Below, piece after piece: positions 12,843 through 25,019 of a DNA stretch of 64,000 bases (its first letter is position 1; every line of letters begins with the position of its first letter). The notes under the pieces are model-generated. The model did not search any database, was not told the origin of the DNA, and saw only the letters and a list, made by a program, of their open reading frames with translations. The stretch comes from Octopus vulgaris (Eukaryota), in assembly GCA_951406725.2 (NCBI GenBank), contig OX597817.1:11966001-12030000 (forward strand), in the 5' to 3' direction. The translations under genes were made by a program, and so were the position numbers.

Positions 12843-13196
12843 GATGATGTACTCAATAGCAGAAAGAATGGAAAATGTAGAAATGCATGTGAGAACGGAT
12901 TCTGTTAAACAAACGCATGAAATTTTTTGAACTCAAGTTTTTGAGTAAAGATTTATCGGCAAAGAGAACGATACAAATGTTGGTTGAAGTGGCTCGCTAC
13001 AGGGTCAGTGCACAACTCCCCAAAAGAAAGAAACCTTGCAGTTCGAACGCTAAACGTCGAAGTTATTCAGGACATTCGCCAACGGATTACTCAAAGTCCA
13101 ATGAAGTCAACACGTAAATCGGGGCAGAAATCTCTCATAAGCAGGGTGTTGAAAAGTTTAAAGTTGAAGCTTTATCATACAGCAATTAAAAGATGA
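12843..13196 (+). pseudogene. Tc1/mariner-type transposase N-terminal HTH (DUF4817-like) remnant
   Basis: Frameshifted MMYSIAERME...KRTIQMLV/KWLATGSVHN...IRQRITQSPMKSTRK. Confidence 0.7.
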
Positions 13197-13268
13197 CAAG
13201 AGCAAACGAGTAAATTACTGCACAGTTACACCCACCGTATTAAAACCTAAAATTAGCGGTTCAGTAAA

Positions 13269-13270
<2 letters not shown>

Positions 13271-13325
<55 letters not shown>

Positions 13326-13326
13326 C

Positions 13327-13390
<64 letters not shown>
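13271..13390. repeat. (GATA)n microsatellite
   Basis: Directly visible; resumes at 13601-13631. Confidence 0.97.
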
Positions 13391-13391
<1 letters not shown>

Positions 13392-13600
13392 TGTTTCTTT
13401 ATTAGCCACACCGGGCTGCACACAGATAGAACAAATTACAAGGTAGAGCTTTTCTTTTGAAGGTTAGAAAAAAAAAAAAAAAAAAAAGGAAGGGGGAGTT
13501 TCGATCAAAAGGGATCGTAAAAGGAGAGAAAGAGGACAAAAAAAGGGGGGGTTAAAAAAGGGGGGGAGGAAAAAAAATTGATCAATAGGGATCGTTATCA
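13391..13600 (-). mobile_element. LINE-like 3' end (Tx1/L1-like) inserted in (GATA)n
   Basis: Minus-strand pyrimidine-rich UTR ending GCCCGGTGTGGCTAATAAAGAAACA, flanked both sides by GATA repeats. Confidence 0.55.
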
Positions 13601-13601
13601 C

Positions 13602-13632
<31 letters not shown>

Positions 13633-14555
13633 ATGTGTACCAGGGTTTTAAAATATTTGTTCATCTAAGCTCTAAACTGGCTGCTTTCCAATGAGTGAAA
13701 GAGGTAAACGATATAAAATAAAATAAAGTAACGACTAGGAGAAAGAGAAATTACTATGTTTGGATAAGCAAATAGCCTAAACAAAATATTATGTAAAATA
13801 AAATAAACTTAATTAACTATAGTAGTAATTTTAAAATTAATGGATTCTAAATTGCTATTAGAAATTTCTGGGTGGCGATAATGCAGATTCTTTTAGGTAA
13901 TGGTTTAATAGCGAAATTAGAGATATATATTTAAATTTGTAGCTACTAGTTTAATTTCAAGCATAGTCTAATTGTATGCACCTGCTTGCTAATTTCTAAG
14001 TGGACATGGTAGTATACAATTACTAGTTTACATCTGGAAAGAGAATAGGGTAACATCTTAGTATAAATAGTGTAGGTATATGGAACGCAGTTTGGATATG
14101 AAATTTTAGAGTTGTATGGTTAAATCAAACTTTCTTAAGTGCTCATTACTTATTTTTAAGGATAGAAATGTAGTTCTGACCGTAAATTATAGGGTCTAAT
14201 GCAAGTAATTAACTAAAATAAATGGTTTGCTGAAACAGTAAAATATATCTAAATCTGCAGTGCCAAGCTGATCAGCATACAAATAGAGAAACAATATTAA
14301 TTAAATAACCTAGAGCTAATAAAAATGCACCGCAAAGGAATGTATTGTGAGAGATTAGGTATACAGATGAATAAAATATACTACAATACGAAGAAATAAA
14401 AAATAAAATGTCACGATAAAAATATCATATTGGTCAGTGATTAAACACGTGCGCGCACACACGCACGCACACACACGCATACACACTAACACACGCGCAT
14501 ATATTTACGGTGAGGGAGAGAAAAAGAGAAAGGAGAGATATACAGTTTTCTAAAT

Positions 14556-14957
14556 ACTCTTTTACTTGTTTCAGTCATTTGACTGCGGCCATGCTGGAGC
14601 ACCGCCTTTAATCGAGCAACTCGACCCCGGGACTTATTCTTTTGTAAGCCCAGTACTTATTCTATCGGTCTCTTTTGCCGAACAGCTAAGTAACGGGGAC
14701 ATAAACACACTAGCATCGGTTGTCAAGCAATGATAGGGGGACAAATACAGACACACAAACATACAAGCACACACATATATATATACATATATACAACGGG
14801 CTTCTTTCAGTTTCCGTCTACCAAATCCACTCACAAGGCTTTGGTCGGCCCGAGGCTATAGTAGAAGATACTTGCCCAAGATGCCACGCAGTGGGACTGA
14901 ACCCGGAACCATGTGGTTGGTAAACAAGCTACTTACCACACGGCCACTCCTGCGCCT
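14556..14957 (-). mobile_element. SINE family A, full length
   Basis: Complete head, core and tail. Confidence 0.92.
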
Positions 14958-14969
14958 AAATGTATATAT

Positions 14970-15185
14970 TATCTTTTACTTGTTTCAATCATTAGACTGC
15001 GGCCATGGTGGGGCACCACCTTGAAGAATCTTTAGTCAAATGAATCGATCCCAGTAAGTCTGGTTCTTATTCTATCAATTTCTTATGCTGAACCGCAAAG
15101 TCACGGGGCACATAAACATATCAACACCAGTTGTCAAACATTGGTAGGGGACAAATACAGGCATAAAGACACAGATACATAGATA
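14970..15185 (-). mobile_element. Older family A SINE 3' half
   Basis: Diverged tail match. Confidence 0.75.
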
Positions 15186-15191
15186 TATGCA

Positions 15192-15480
15192 TATATTGCA
15201 TAAAGGATCGTGGGCAAGGCCAGAACAATGCGAAGTAAAAGCAAGGCAAACCACAAGAAAACAAATACATGAATTAATGTAGACTTACCTGGCATTAAGT
15301 ATTTCGAGGTTATGACGCCCATCCTTAAGAAATTCGTTAACGTCTTGAGGATGGGGTTATAACCCCGAAATATTGAATGCAAGGTAAGTCTACATTAATT
15401 CATATATTTGTTTTCTTGTGGTTTGCCTTGCTTTTACTTCGCATTGTTCTGGTCTTACCCACGATACTTTATACAATATA
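15192..15480. repeat. ~290-bp near-perfect palindrome of two hammerhead-like pLTR arms
   Basis: 15192-15330 is the reverse complement of 15343-15480; the plus arm reads TTGAGGA-T-GGGGTT-AT-AACCCC-GAAATATT. Confidence 0.85.
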
Positions 15481-15515
15481 GTCTACAGAATGCTTCATAG
15501 TAACTATCCCTTTTG

Positions 15516-15586
<71 letters not shown>

Positions 15587-15713
15587 ATATATATATAAGA
15601 TCAGCAACAATTGGTACTTAATTTAGATGGACCAGAATTTTGTATGGTGTTACCCATAAAAATATGCGGGGTGATTATAATCAAAAATAAGCAACGAGAA
15701 TGAATCCGGTAAT

Positions 15714-15799
15714 TTAGTACAATTGTTTCATACTACAACATTTTATTAAAAGCTGTAAATATTACAGCAGATTTAAGATGCTGAGTGATCTTCAGCTAA
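15714..15799 (-). ncRNA. Type I hammerhead ribozyme with long stem II
   Basis: TTAG-CTGAAGA-(~60-nt hairpin incl. CAGCAT/ATGTTG and GCTGTAA/TTACAGC)-GAAACAATTGT-A-CTAA. Confidence 0.75.
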
Positions 15800-16013
15800 T
15801 TTATATAGGCTTTCCAATAATATAAAAGTTTTCAAATCAAGTAATAACATCTTAGGGAAGGTAAATTTATAGATAAAGATGTAGATATGAATTTTAGGAA
15901 CATAAGGTCGTGTGGTTCAGATGCTAACTGACCAAAACTTTGCTTATAACTGCAAAGCTTTGGTCGGCTTACGCACACACACACACACATTTATACACGC
16001 AAACAGGAACACA

Positions 16014-16264
16014 ATGGCGTATCGGACAGTGGCTAGAGCGTCAGGTTTACAATCATGAGTTTGTGAGTTCAATTCCCGGACCGTTCTATGCGTTGTATTC
16101 TTGAGCAAGACCTTATTTCATCTGTTCACTTAGCCTTTCCACGTTGGCGGGGAGACGGAAGACTGGTATGTATGGTATACAGATCTTCCACAAACATCAT
16201 TGCTCGGAATTATGCCACAGAGGAGAACTTCATAGGTGCAATCCCGTAGCCATCCATGATCGAA
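16014..16264 (+). mobile_element. SINE family D, decayed, followed by a family B head to ~16305
   Basis: gagttcaattcccgg B-box, ttgtattcttgagcaagacc core, taggtgcaatccc tail. Confidence 0.7.
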
Positions 16265-16347
16265 GGCGGCGAGCTGGCAGAAACGTTAGCACGCCGGGCG
16301 AAAATGCAGTGTGCGTGTATCTATCTCTCCCTATCTATCTATCTTTA

Positions 16348-16382
<35 letters not shown>

Positions 16383-16395
16383 GCACTATATATAC

Positions 16396-16742
16396 AAGGG
16401 TTCCAGTTGATCCGATCAACGGAACAGTCTGCTCGTGAAATTAACGTGCAAGTGGCTGAGCACTCCACAGACACGTGTACCCTTAACGTAGTTCTCGGGT
16501 GACTCAGCGTGACGCAGAGTGTGACAAAGTACAACAGAATACAGGGTCAACAGAAACAGGAAGTAAGAGAAAAATTGTGGTGAAAGAGAACGGCAGGGTT
16601 TGCCACCACGCCCTGCCGGAGCCTCGTGGAACTTTAGATGTTTTCGCTCAATAAACATTCACAACACCCGGTCTGGGAATCGAAACCCCGATCCTACGAC
16701 TGCCAGTTCGCTGCCCTGACCACAGGGGCCATTGCGCCTCCA
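16396..16742 (-). mobile_element. tRNA-derived SINE family E
   Basis: GGAGGCGCAATGGCC..GGTTTCGATTCCCAGACCGGG head (same as 62928); tail with GTGGAGTGCTCAGCCACTTGCACG. Confidence 0.85.
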
Positions 16743-16744
16743 CC

Positions 16745-16820
<76 letters not shown>

Positions 16821-16979
16821 GAGAGACTCATGTATATATATATATATATATGTGTAAAAGTAAAATAAATACAAACTGGGACAAGAACGTGAAACATTTA
16901 GAAGACGACACAAAAGAAACGGACGGGACATTCGAAGCCTTCAATCTTCAGTCAAGAACCGGATCATCTTCGCAATTTC

Positions 16980-17245
16980 GGAACAGCTTGCTCGTGAAAC
17001 TAACGTGCAAGTGGCAAGTGATTGAGCACTCCACGGAACGTGTACTCTTAACACAGTTCTCAGGGAGATTCAGCGTGACACAAAGTGTGATAAGGCTGGC
17101 CTATTGAGTCAAAAGAACTACTTATTTTTGCAAGTTGAGTGGACTGGATCAATGTGAAAATAAAGGGTCTTGCTCAAAGACACAACGCGTCACCGGGAAT
17201 TGAACTCACAACTTTACGATCGTTAGCCGAATGCACCAACCACTA
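16980..17245 (-). mobile_element. Chimeric SINE: family C/D head plus the 16396 tail
   Basis: TTGTGTCTTTGAGCAAGACC core joined to GTCACGCTGAATCTCCCTGAGAAC...GGAGTGCTCA tail. Confidence 0.75.
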
Positions 17246-17265
17246 AATATAAAATATTCCATTCC

Positions 17266-17309
<44 letters not shown>

Positions 17310-17474
17310 GGGGGGGAGAGTGGTTGTATACTGTCAACTTAACGTGACAGTCGTGTAAGAGAATTTCACCACCGCTGTTTAGCCCTAGGAAGCATCGTTA
17401 AATTGACAGTATACAACCATTATATCGCTCCACCACCGTACATATCTCTATGAGATATTTAGAAATTTAATATT

Positions 17475-17511
<37 letters not shown>

Positions 17512-17541
17512 CAAAATAAGCAACAAGTATATCCAAGGTAG

Positions 17542-17626
17542 AGTAGTACAATTGTTTCATGCTACTTCATATTAAACACTGTGTGTATTACATCACTTTT
17601 AAAATGTCGTGCAATCTTCAGCCACT
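17542..17626 (-). ncRNA. Type I hammerhead ribozyme with long stem II (paralog of 15714)
   Basis: AGTGG-CTGAAGA-TTGC...GCAT-GAAACAATTGT-A-CTACT; downstream tail (17508-17541) homologous to 15678-15713. Confidence 0.72.
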
Positions 17627-18149
17627 TATAGAATTTTCCAATCAAACGGACAATGCATATTCTTATCCATATTTCATTTGCCAACATTATATAGAGGGTA
17701 GATATATAGACAGAGAGGTTGATTTCTTTCTTAAGAACGTCATAGTAGTATATCCACTCTCTGATTGTAGATTTTATCATTGAGTTCTTTTGATATGTCA
17801 GTGGGGAGGGGATTTTATTTTTGGTTGGGTGGAGACAAAGAATTTTTTCTATTTATAGATATAGGAAGGTGTAGTACAAATGTCAAAACCATAAACCCAT
17901 TCCCATTTTGAGGACTTCAGTTTAGATATAGTAGGTTGAAGTTAGAGGTTAGGGGGAACATAGACTCCTAGTGCTCTAGATGCTTTCAATGTCCCTTACC
18001 ATTTAACATCCAGATTCGATATTAAGAAATTTAAGTACATATCTTTTAGATAATATTCTAAAGGATTTTAATAAATATTAGTATCTTATATAGGGGTAGA
18101 AAATATAGAAATCCTTTCATATTTATATATATATATATATATATGTATA

Positions 18150-18313
18150 TTACTCTCTTTTACTCTTTACTCTTTTACTTGTTTCAGTCATTTGACTGCG
18201 GCCATGCTGGAGCACCGCCTTTAATCGAGCAACTCGACCCCGGGACTTATTCTTTTGTAAGCCCAGTACTTATTTTATCGGTCTCTTTTGCCGAACCGCT
18301 AAGTAACGGGGAC
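18150..18313 (-). mobile_element. SINE family A 3' fragment
   Basis: Tail match. Confidence 0.85.
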
Positions 18314-18336
18314 ATAATATATATATATATATATTT

Positions 18337-18810
18337 CCATTTCTATTAATATATAATCATAATTAGTTAGTAAATGGTGATTTATTTTATTAATAAGTTG
18401 AATTAAAAGAAAATGTTAGACATAATAATTACTAACTGTGGAAAAAAATTTATTAATTTAGCACATATATGAGGGGTCAATAAGATATATTAAAAAGTAA
18501 GGGAAGGGAGGTAATCAAGATGAACCAAGTAATTTCTCTAGATATATAGAATTTTTTGCAATTATTTCATATTTATATAAATATATATATATATCCATTT
18601 CTATTAATATAGAATCATAATTAGTTAGTAGATGGTGATATGTTTTATTAATGAGTCGAATTAAAAGAATATGTTAGACATAATTTTTACTAACTATGGA
18701 GAAAAACTTTATCAATTTAGTAAATATATCAGGAATTAATAAGATATATTAAAAAGTAATGGAATGGATGTAATCATGATGAACCAAGTAATTTACCTAG
18801 ATATATAGAA
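18337..18810. repeat. Diverged tandem duplication, period ~258 bp
   Basis: 18337-18550 aligns with 18595-18810 (ccatttctattaatat...gatgaaccaagtaattt...ctagatatatagaa). Confidence 0.9.
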
Positions 18811-19544
18811 TGTTTTTCCATCCTATGTAGAAGAGTATCAAAGAATTCTAATTCCATTATATTCAGATTTATATATATAATGAAATTTCTTAGTAATCTA
18901 TGCAGGTTAAATAAAAGCTAGTATGGTACATTAATTTTTTATTTGGTTACAAAATATTAAGATTTGGAAATTTAGGAATGGTCAGAATGTTATTATTTAA
19001 AATATTTAAACGTACGGGTAGCACAATTTATACAAGATAATCCCAGTTCGGAACGGTTATTCAATAAGTTTGTATTATTCCTATGTTTTAAAATTTCATG
19101 GGTGTGTGTGTATGTGTGTGTGTGCGTGTGTGTGTGTATATATACACTCACATTTATCTGTACATATATTTGTATGATTGTGTTTATAGATGTAAGAATA
19201 TATAGTCATACAAATGTACGCATTTTAACCCAATATTTACATTAATAGCTATATCTACTTCGAGTTCAACAGCTAAAAAAAACTAATTATGTGTGTGTGT
19301 GTATGTGTGTGTGTATGTATATATGTATGTATGTTGTTATTTACATATGCTTCTGAGCGTCTAAATGTGTGTGACGGAGGGAGAAAGGCGTGTGAAAATC
19401 ACTATGCAAAAAATATATTTGATAACTCCACCGTCAGTTGTTAGCCTTCCATTTTCAGCGTGCATATATAAGCATATATTTAAACCCTGTGGTAAACCGC
19501 ACTTAATCACATGCTGTCTCAATATTTCAGTAATACATATAAGT

Positions 19545-19760
19545 CGGTGAGATGGCAGAATCGTTAGCACTCCAGGCAATATGCTTAGCGGCATTTCATC
19601 CGTCTTTACATTCTGAGTTCAAATTCCGCCGAAGTCATCTTTGCTTTTCATCCTTTCGGTGACTATAAAATAAGTGGCAGTTCAACGCTGGGGTCGATGC
19701 AATCGACTTACCGGTTTCCCCTGAAATTGCTTACCTTACGCCAAAATTTGAAACCTATAT
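19545..19760 (+). mobile_element. Family B SINE, older copy
   Basis: Head, B-box and Meta domain. Confidence 0.85.
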
Positions 19761-19982
19761 TTCAGTTACATATGTGTTAGTACGTATATATAAATGCATA
19801 TATGTATGCCAATATGTATGTATATAAATGTATGTAAATATATATGCATGTATATGTACATATGTGTATAAATATATATGCATGTATATGTACATACGTG
19901 TATAAATATATATACATATATGTACATATGTGTATAAATATGCATGTATGTGTTATGTATGTGTATGCATGAAGGTATAGGT

Positions 19983-20323
19983 TTAAGAACACAGAAGATC
20001 GAAGAGCTTGGTTGGGAAAAATTTCCTCATCCGCCTTATTTTCCCGACCTTGCTCCTTAAGACTACTATTTGTTTCATAGTTTACAGAATCATTTGGGGA
20101 GACAAAACTTTCGCAACCCAGGAGGAGGTCGAAACTGACATTTCAGATATTCTTCTCTTTGAAATCAAAAGAGTTGATGAGATTAAAATGCTTGAAATAG
20201 ATGGAAGGAAGTCATAGATAATCAGGGAAATTACACTGATGATTAAATTTCAATTAAATATAACATTTGATCACTTGTTTTCTTTATTGAAAATTCGGAC
20301 AGAACTTATGGGATGACCTGATA
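19983..20323 (+). mobile_element. Mariner transposon 3' fragment
   Basis: ELGWEKFPHPPYFPDLAP*DYYLF (YSPDLAP motif); TIR-like end gaacttatgggatgacctgata. Confidence 0.85.
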
Positions 20324-20753
20324 AATGCACAACACCGCGGAGGAATCGGCGTAAGCTTAAATAATAAACCAAGATAGGTGACCCGTGATGTGGCGAGTGG
20401 TTAATGTACACATTTGGGAGGAAAGTTTAAGTCATCGATTTCTCGGAAGGATCACAGGTCTTGATACTGACAAGCATTTTGCTCCGGCCTTGTATCGATT
20501 CCATGGTTCGGAATCCTTGTAATACTTATAGCAATGGTGATGACGATTAGGGAAATGGTGATAAAGATAGTGATGATAATAAACGTGATGAGACTGATGA
20601 TAAGGAAGATGAGGATGGTGATTATTTTTTTGATTACCACGTGTTTATTCTAAAAATATTTATAGTCATTACTAGTAGGTAATAAAATTCAATTGAAATT
20701 TACGAAAATTGCGTGTATTTATCTCGCTTGCTTTCGCTTTATCTGTCTAACGT

Positions 20754-20796
<43 letters not shown>

Positions 20797-20874
20797 TTCT
20801 CACTCTTTCTCTCTCACTTTCTTTCTCTCTCGATATATATATATATATTAGATATATATATATATATATATTAG

Positions 20875-21005
<131 letters not shown>

Positions 21006-21264
21006 GAGAGAAAGAAAAACATGTGTTTCTATGTGTATGTAATTGTGTGTGAGCGCCTGTATGGTGTGTATATGGCTGTATTTGTCTATGTACATGTATC
21101 AACGAAGAGTTTGGGTAAAGAAAAGGTCGAGAAAGACAAAGACAGATGGAAAGGAAATGGGGATGAGTCGGGTGGAGGAAGTGTATTTGAAGGAATGAAA
21201 CGGGTGCATTGCAGCACTACCTTCTCTAAGCGTTACACCAGATATATTCATATAAAGCATTTTC

Positions 21265-21292
21265 ACCATCAATCATCATCATCACCACCATC

Positions 21293-21333
<41 letters not shown>

Positions 21334-21367
21334 AATCATCATCATCGCCGCCATCATCATCATCATC

Positions 21368-21450
<83 letters not shown>

Positions 21451-21512
21451 TATCATCATCATCATTATCATCATCACCATCGCCATCATCATCATCAGCA
21501 GCAGCAGCATCA
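21265..21512. repeat. (CAT)n microsatellite
   Basis: Directly visible. Confidence 0.97.
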
Positions 21513-21809
21513 TTAGCTGCCCTAAATGCATTATCCAACATTCAGTGCATCTGTCTACTGCATAAAATCGGACTATTAATTCTCCACGCCTCGAGAGCCT
21601 CAGCTATGTGAGGCTTTTTTTTTATTATTGAGCTATGCAAGTTGTCTCACCATCAGGCCTTTCGTATGGAATTACTAAGAGATCTTTTACTCTCTGTGGA
21701 ATCATCACCACTATCAGCATACCAATGATTATTCTTCCACTTTATATATATATATATATTCCGCACTGATATACACACGCACACAGCCATACATATGAAA
21801 TTGTATGTA

Positions 21810-22180
21810 TCATTTCTAGTTTTAATTACATGAAATCTTCCTGTAGAGAAGGAACTGATTTCTAACAGAGATACAAAGCTCCGTCATTGGAATGTTGAGA
21901 ACTAAAACAAATTCACATTTTGAACTTGAGAAGAGCCTTACATTTTTTTTAATATTCCGCTTCCAGATTGCATTTGTGACCTGCGTGTTAATTGGTTGAT
22001 TTCTTTTCATGAAAACCCCAATTTAATCAGATTGTGGCTTACACACTTACAAAACCATTGACATCGATCGATGTTGGTATAAATGCGAATTTATAATCTG
22101 GGTACAGAAGCTGGAGGTGTTGAAGCAGTTGTTCATAGTTATTCCTCTCTCTTTGATTTTCGAAGAGATAGTCACATTAG
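21810..22180 (-). mobile_element. R4-like RLE retrotransposon 3' end, copy 1
   Basis: NNYEQLLQHLQLLYPDYKFAFIP...KLGFS*KEINQLTR...LLKFKM*; 3' end AGAAATGA then TACATAC. Confidence 0.8.
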
Positions 22181-22460
22181 TATGTGTGTATGTATGTATG
22201 TATGTATGTATGTATGTATGTATGTATGTATGTATGTATGTATGTATGTATGTATGTATGTATGCATGTATGTATGTATGTATGTATGTATGTATGTATG
22301 TATGTGTGTGTATATGTATGTATGTATGTGTATATATATGTATGTATGTATGTATGCATGTATGTATGTATGTATGTATGTATGTATGTATGTATGTATG
22401 TATGTATGTATGTATGTATGTATGTATATATGTATATATGTATATATGTATGTATATATG

Positions 22461-22494
<34 letters not shown>

Positions 22495-22647
22495 TGCATG
22501 TATGTATGTATTATGCATGTATGTATTTATGTCTGCATGTATGTATGTATGTATGTATGTATGCATGCATGTATGTATGTATGTATGCATGTATGTATGC
22601 ATGTATGTATGTATGCATGTATGTATGTATGTATGTATGTATGTATG
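22181..22647. repeat. (TATG)n microsatellite
   Basis: Directly visible. Confidence 0.97.
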
Positions 22648-23040
22648 TCATTTCTGTTTCTAATCATTTGAGCTCTTCCTCTGAATGAGGAGCTGATTTC
22701 TAACAAAGATACAAAGATACAAAGCTCCACATTTGGAACGTAGATAAAGAAAACAATTTCACATTTTAAACTTGAGGAAAGTCTTGCATAGTTTTACTGT
22801 TCCGCTTACAGATTGTATTTATAATGTGCGAATAAATTGGTTGATTTCTTTTTCTGAAAATTTAAGCTTATCCAGACTGACAGTTAGTTAGACAATTATT
22901 TACAAAACTAAGTACTCCAATTATTATTGATATAAATGTAAATTTGTCATCCGGATAAAGAAGCTAGAAGTTTCAAAGCATTTGTCCATAGTTGTCTTTC
23001 TCTTTGAATTTCAAAGCGATATTCCCATCAGCAGAACAGT
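22648..23040 (-). mobile_element. R4-like RLE retrotransposon 3' end, copy 2
   Basis: KEKDNYGQML..LLYPDDKFTFISIIIGVLSFV...SGTVKLCKTFLKFKM*; flanked both sides by (CATA)n. Confidence 0.82.
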
Positions 23041-23097
23041 TGTATGTATGTATGTATGTATGTATGTATGTATGTATGTATGTATGTATGTATAAAT

Positions 23098-23290
23098 CCT
23101 TTAAAATGTTTCAGCCCGAAAGCTGCGGCCATGCTGGGGCACTACCGTTGAATGAGCTACACTAGTATGTGAAACCACCTCTGATACGTGGCACTTCATC
23201 AACAAGGGAGTTCGACGCCGCTGCCCGCATCTGTGTTTCCTGCCGAGAGGTAGGTTCATCTGTAACCCTTGACAAGAAGAGATCCAGTTT
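23098..23290 (-). mobile_element. Retroelement 3' end sharing the family A tail
   Basis: GGTAGTGCCCCAGCATGGCCGCAGCTTTCGGGCTGAAACA preceded by a body unrelated to family A. Confidence 0.65.
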
Positions 23291-23319
23291 AGTATGTATA
23301 TATGTATGTATGTATGTAT

Positions 23320-23603
23320 GTAGGTAGGTAGGTAGGTAGGTAGGTAGGTAGGTAGGTAGGTAGGTAGGTAGGTAGGTAGGCAGGTATGTAGGTAGGTAGG
23401 TAGGTAGGTAGGTAGGTAGGTAGGTAGGCAGGTAGGTAGGTAGGTAGGTAGGTAGGTAGGTAGGTAGGTAGGTAGGTAGGTAGGTAGGTAGGCAGGTAGG
23501 TAGGTAGGTAGGTGGGTAGGTAGGTAGGTAGGTAGGTAGGTAGGTAGGTAGGTAGGTAGGTAGGTAGGTAGGTAGGTAGGTAGGTAGGTAGGCAGGTAGG
23601 TAG
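23320..23603. repeat. (TAGG)n microsatellite
   Basis: Directly visible. Confidence 0.97.
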
Positions 23604-23739
23604 GTATAAGCATTTCATATGCTTTTAGAAGATCATGTCTATATATGTCTACACATTTGAAAGCTTTATCAACATTGTACTAAAGATATTGTAAGATATT
23701 CATTGAAAAAAACATTGCTCTAAAGATATTAAGACTGAA

Positions 23740-24153
23740 GCGAGTGGCTGTGTGGTAAGTAGCTTGCTAACCAGCCACATGGTTCCGGGTTCAGTCTCAC
23801 TGCGTGGCATCTTGGGCAAGTGTCTTCTGCTATAGCCCCGAGCCGACCAATGCCTTGTGAGTGGATTTGGTAGACGGAAACTGAAAGAAGCCTGTCGTAT
23901 ATATGTATGTATATATATATATATGTGTGTGTGTATGTGTTTGTGCGTCTGTGTTTGTCCCCCTAGCATTGCTTAACAACCGATGCTGGTGTGTTTACGT
24001 CCCCGTCACTTAGCGGTTCGGCAAAAGAGACCGATAGAATAAGTACTGGGCTTACAAAGAATAAGTCCCGAGGTCGATTTGCTCGACTAAAGGCGGTGCT
24101 CCAGCATGGCCGCAGTCAAATGACTGAAACAAGTAAAAGAGTAAAGAGTAAAG
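23740..24153 (+). mobile_element. SINE family A
   Basis: Near-complete copy. Confidence 0.92.
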
Positions 24154-24389
24154 AGAGAGGAAAGTGTTCTTCCTGGGTGAATTTGTAAAAAGTTGAGTGA
24201 GTGTGACACAAATGATTATGATGAATGCACTTACTCATGTTCCAGTAGATTGGAGAACAACAGCTGGGCGAAAGCTTGTGCCCCTCGCGATCAGGGTGAT
24301 CTTGTATCTATGGGGCTTCTTGATTGGCTCTAGTCTGAAGTTCCCCTGCATCAAGAGGACTGTATTGTCTATATCTCATTTATCTCATT

Positions 24390-24797
24390 TCTCATTTACT
24401 TGTTTCAGTAATTTGACTGCAGCCATGCTGGAGTACCGCCTTTAGTCGAGCAAATCGACCCCGGGACTTATTCTTTGTAAGCCCAGTACTTATTCTATCG
24501 GTCTCTTTGGCCGAACCGCTAAGTGACGGAGACGTAAACACACCAGCATCGGTTGTCAAGCAATACTAGGGGGACAAACACAGACACACAAACATATATA
24601 CACACACACACATATATATATATATACATATATACGACAGGCTTCTTTCAGTTTCCGTCTACCAAATCCACTCACAAGACATTGGTCGGCCCGAGGCTAT
24701 AGCAGAAGACACTTGCCCAAGATGCCACGCAGTGGGACTGAACCCGGAACCATGTGGTTGGTAAGCAAGCTACTTACCACACAGCCACTCCTGCGCG
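24390..24797 (-). mobile_element. SINE family A, full length
   Basis: Complete copy, inverted relative to 23740. Confidence 0.92.
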
Positions 24798-24799
24798 TG

Positions 24800-24933
24800 C
24801 ACATACTTTGTATACAATGTATATTTGGCCTCATTTTCCTCTCCCTTTCCCTAATCTTTTATATACCACCTCAATTATAAACTTTTCTCTTAATGTCCAC
24901 TTAATTGATGCCCTTGTGGCAAATAAAAGAAAT
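24800..24933 (+). mobile_element. LINE-like 3' end (Tx1/L1-like)
   Basis: Pyrimidine-rich UTR ending GCCCTTGTGGCAAATAAAAGAAAT then (CAT)n. Confidence 0.5.
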
Positions 24934-24959
24934 CATCATCGTCACCACCACCATCATCG

Positions 24960-24996
<37 letters not shown>

Positions 24997-25019
24997 CGTT
25001 GTTGTTCTTGTTCTTGTTG

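Noticed and set aside
15284-15295. ACTTACCTGGCA matching the U1 snRNA 5' end
   Set aside because: About 12 nt only; the rest of U1 is absent
16860-16980. pLTR-like fragment with CTGAAGA
   Set aside because: Truncated by a SINE; no complete hammerhead could be drawn
23225-23268. CAGATGA..GGCAGGAAAC hammerhead-like motif
   Set aside because: No consistent stem I or stem III
23320-23603. Interstitial telomere
   Set aside because: The unit is TAGG, not TTAGGG
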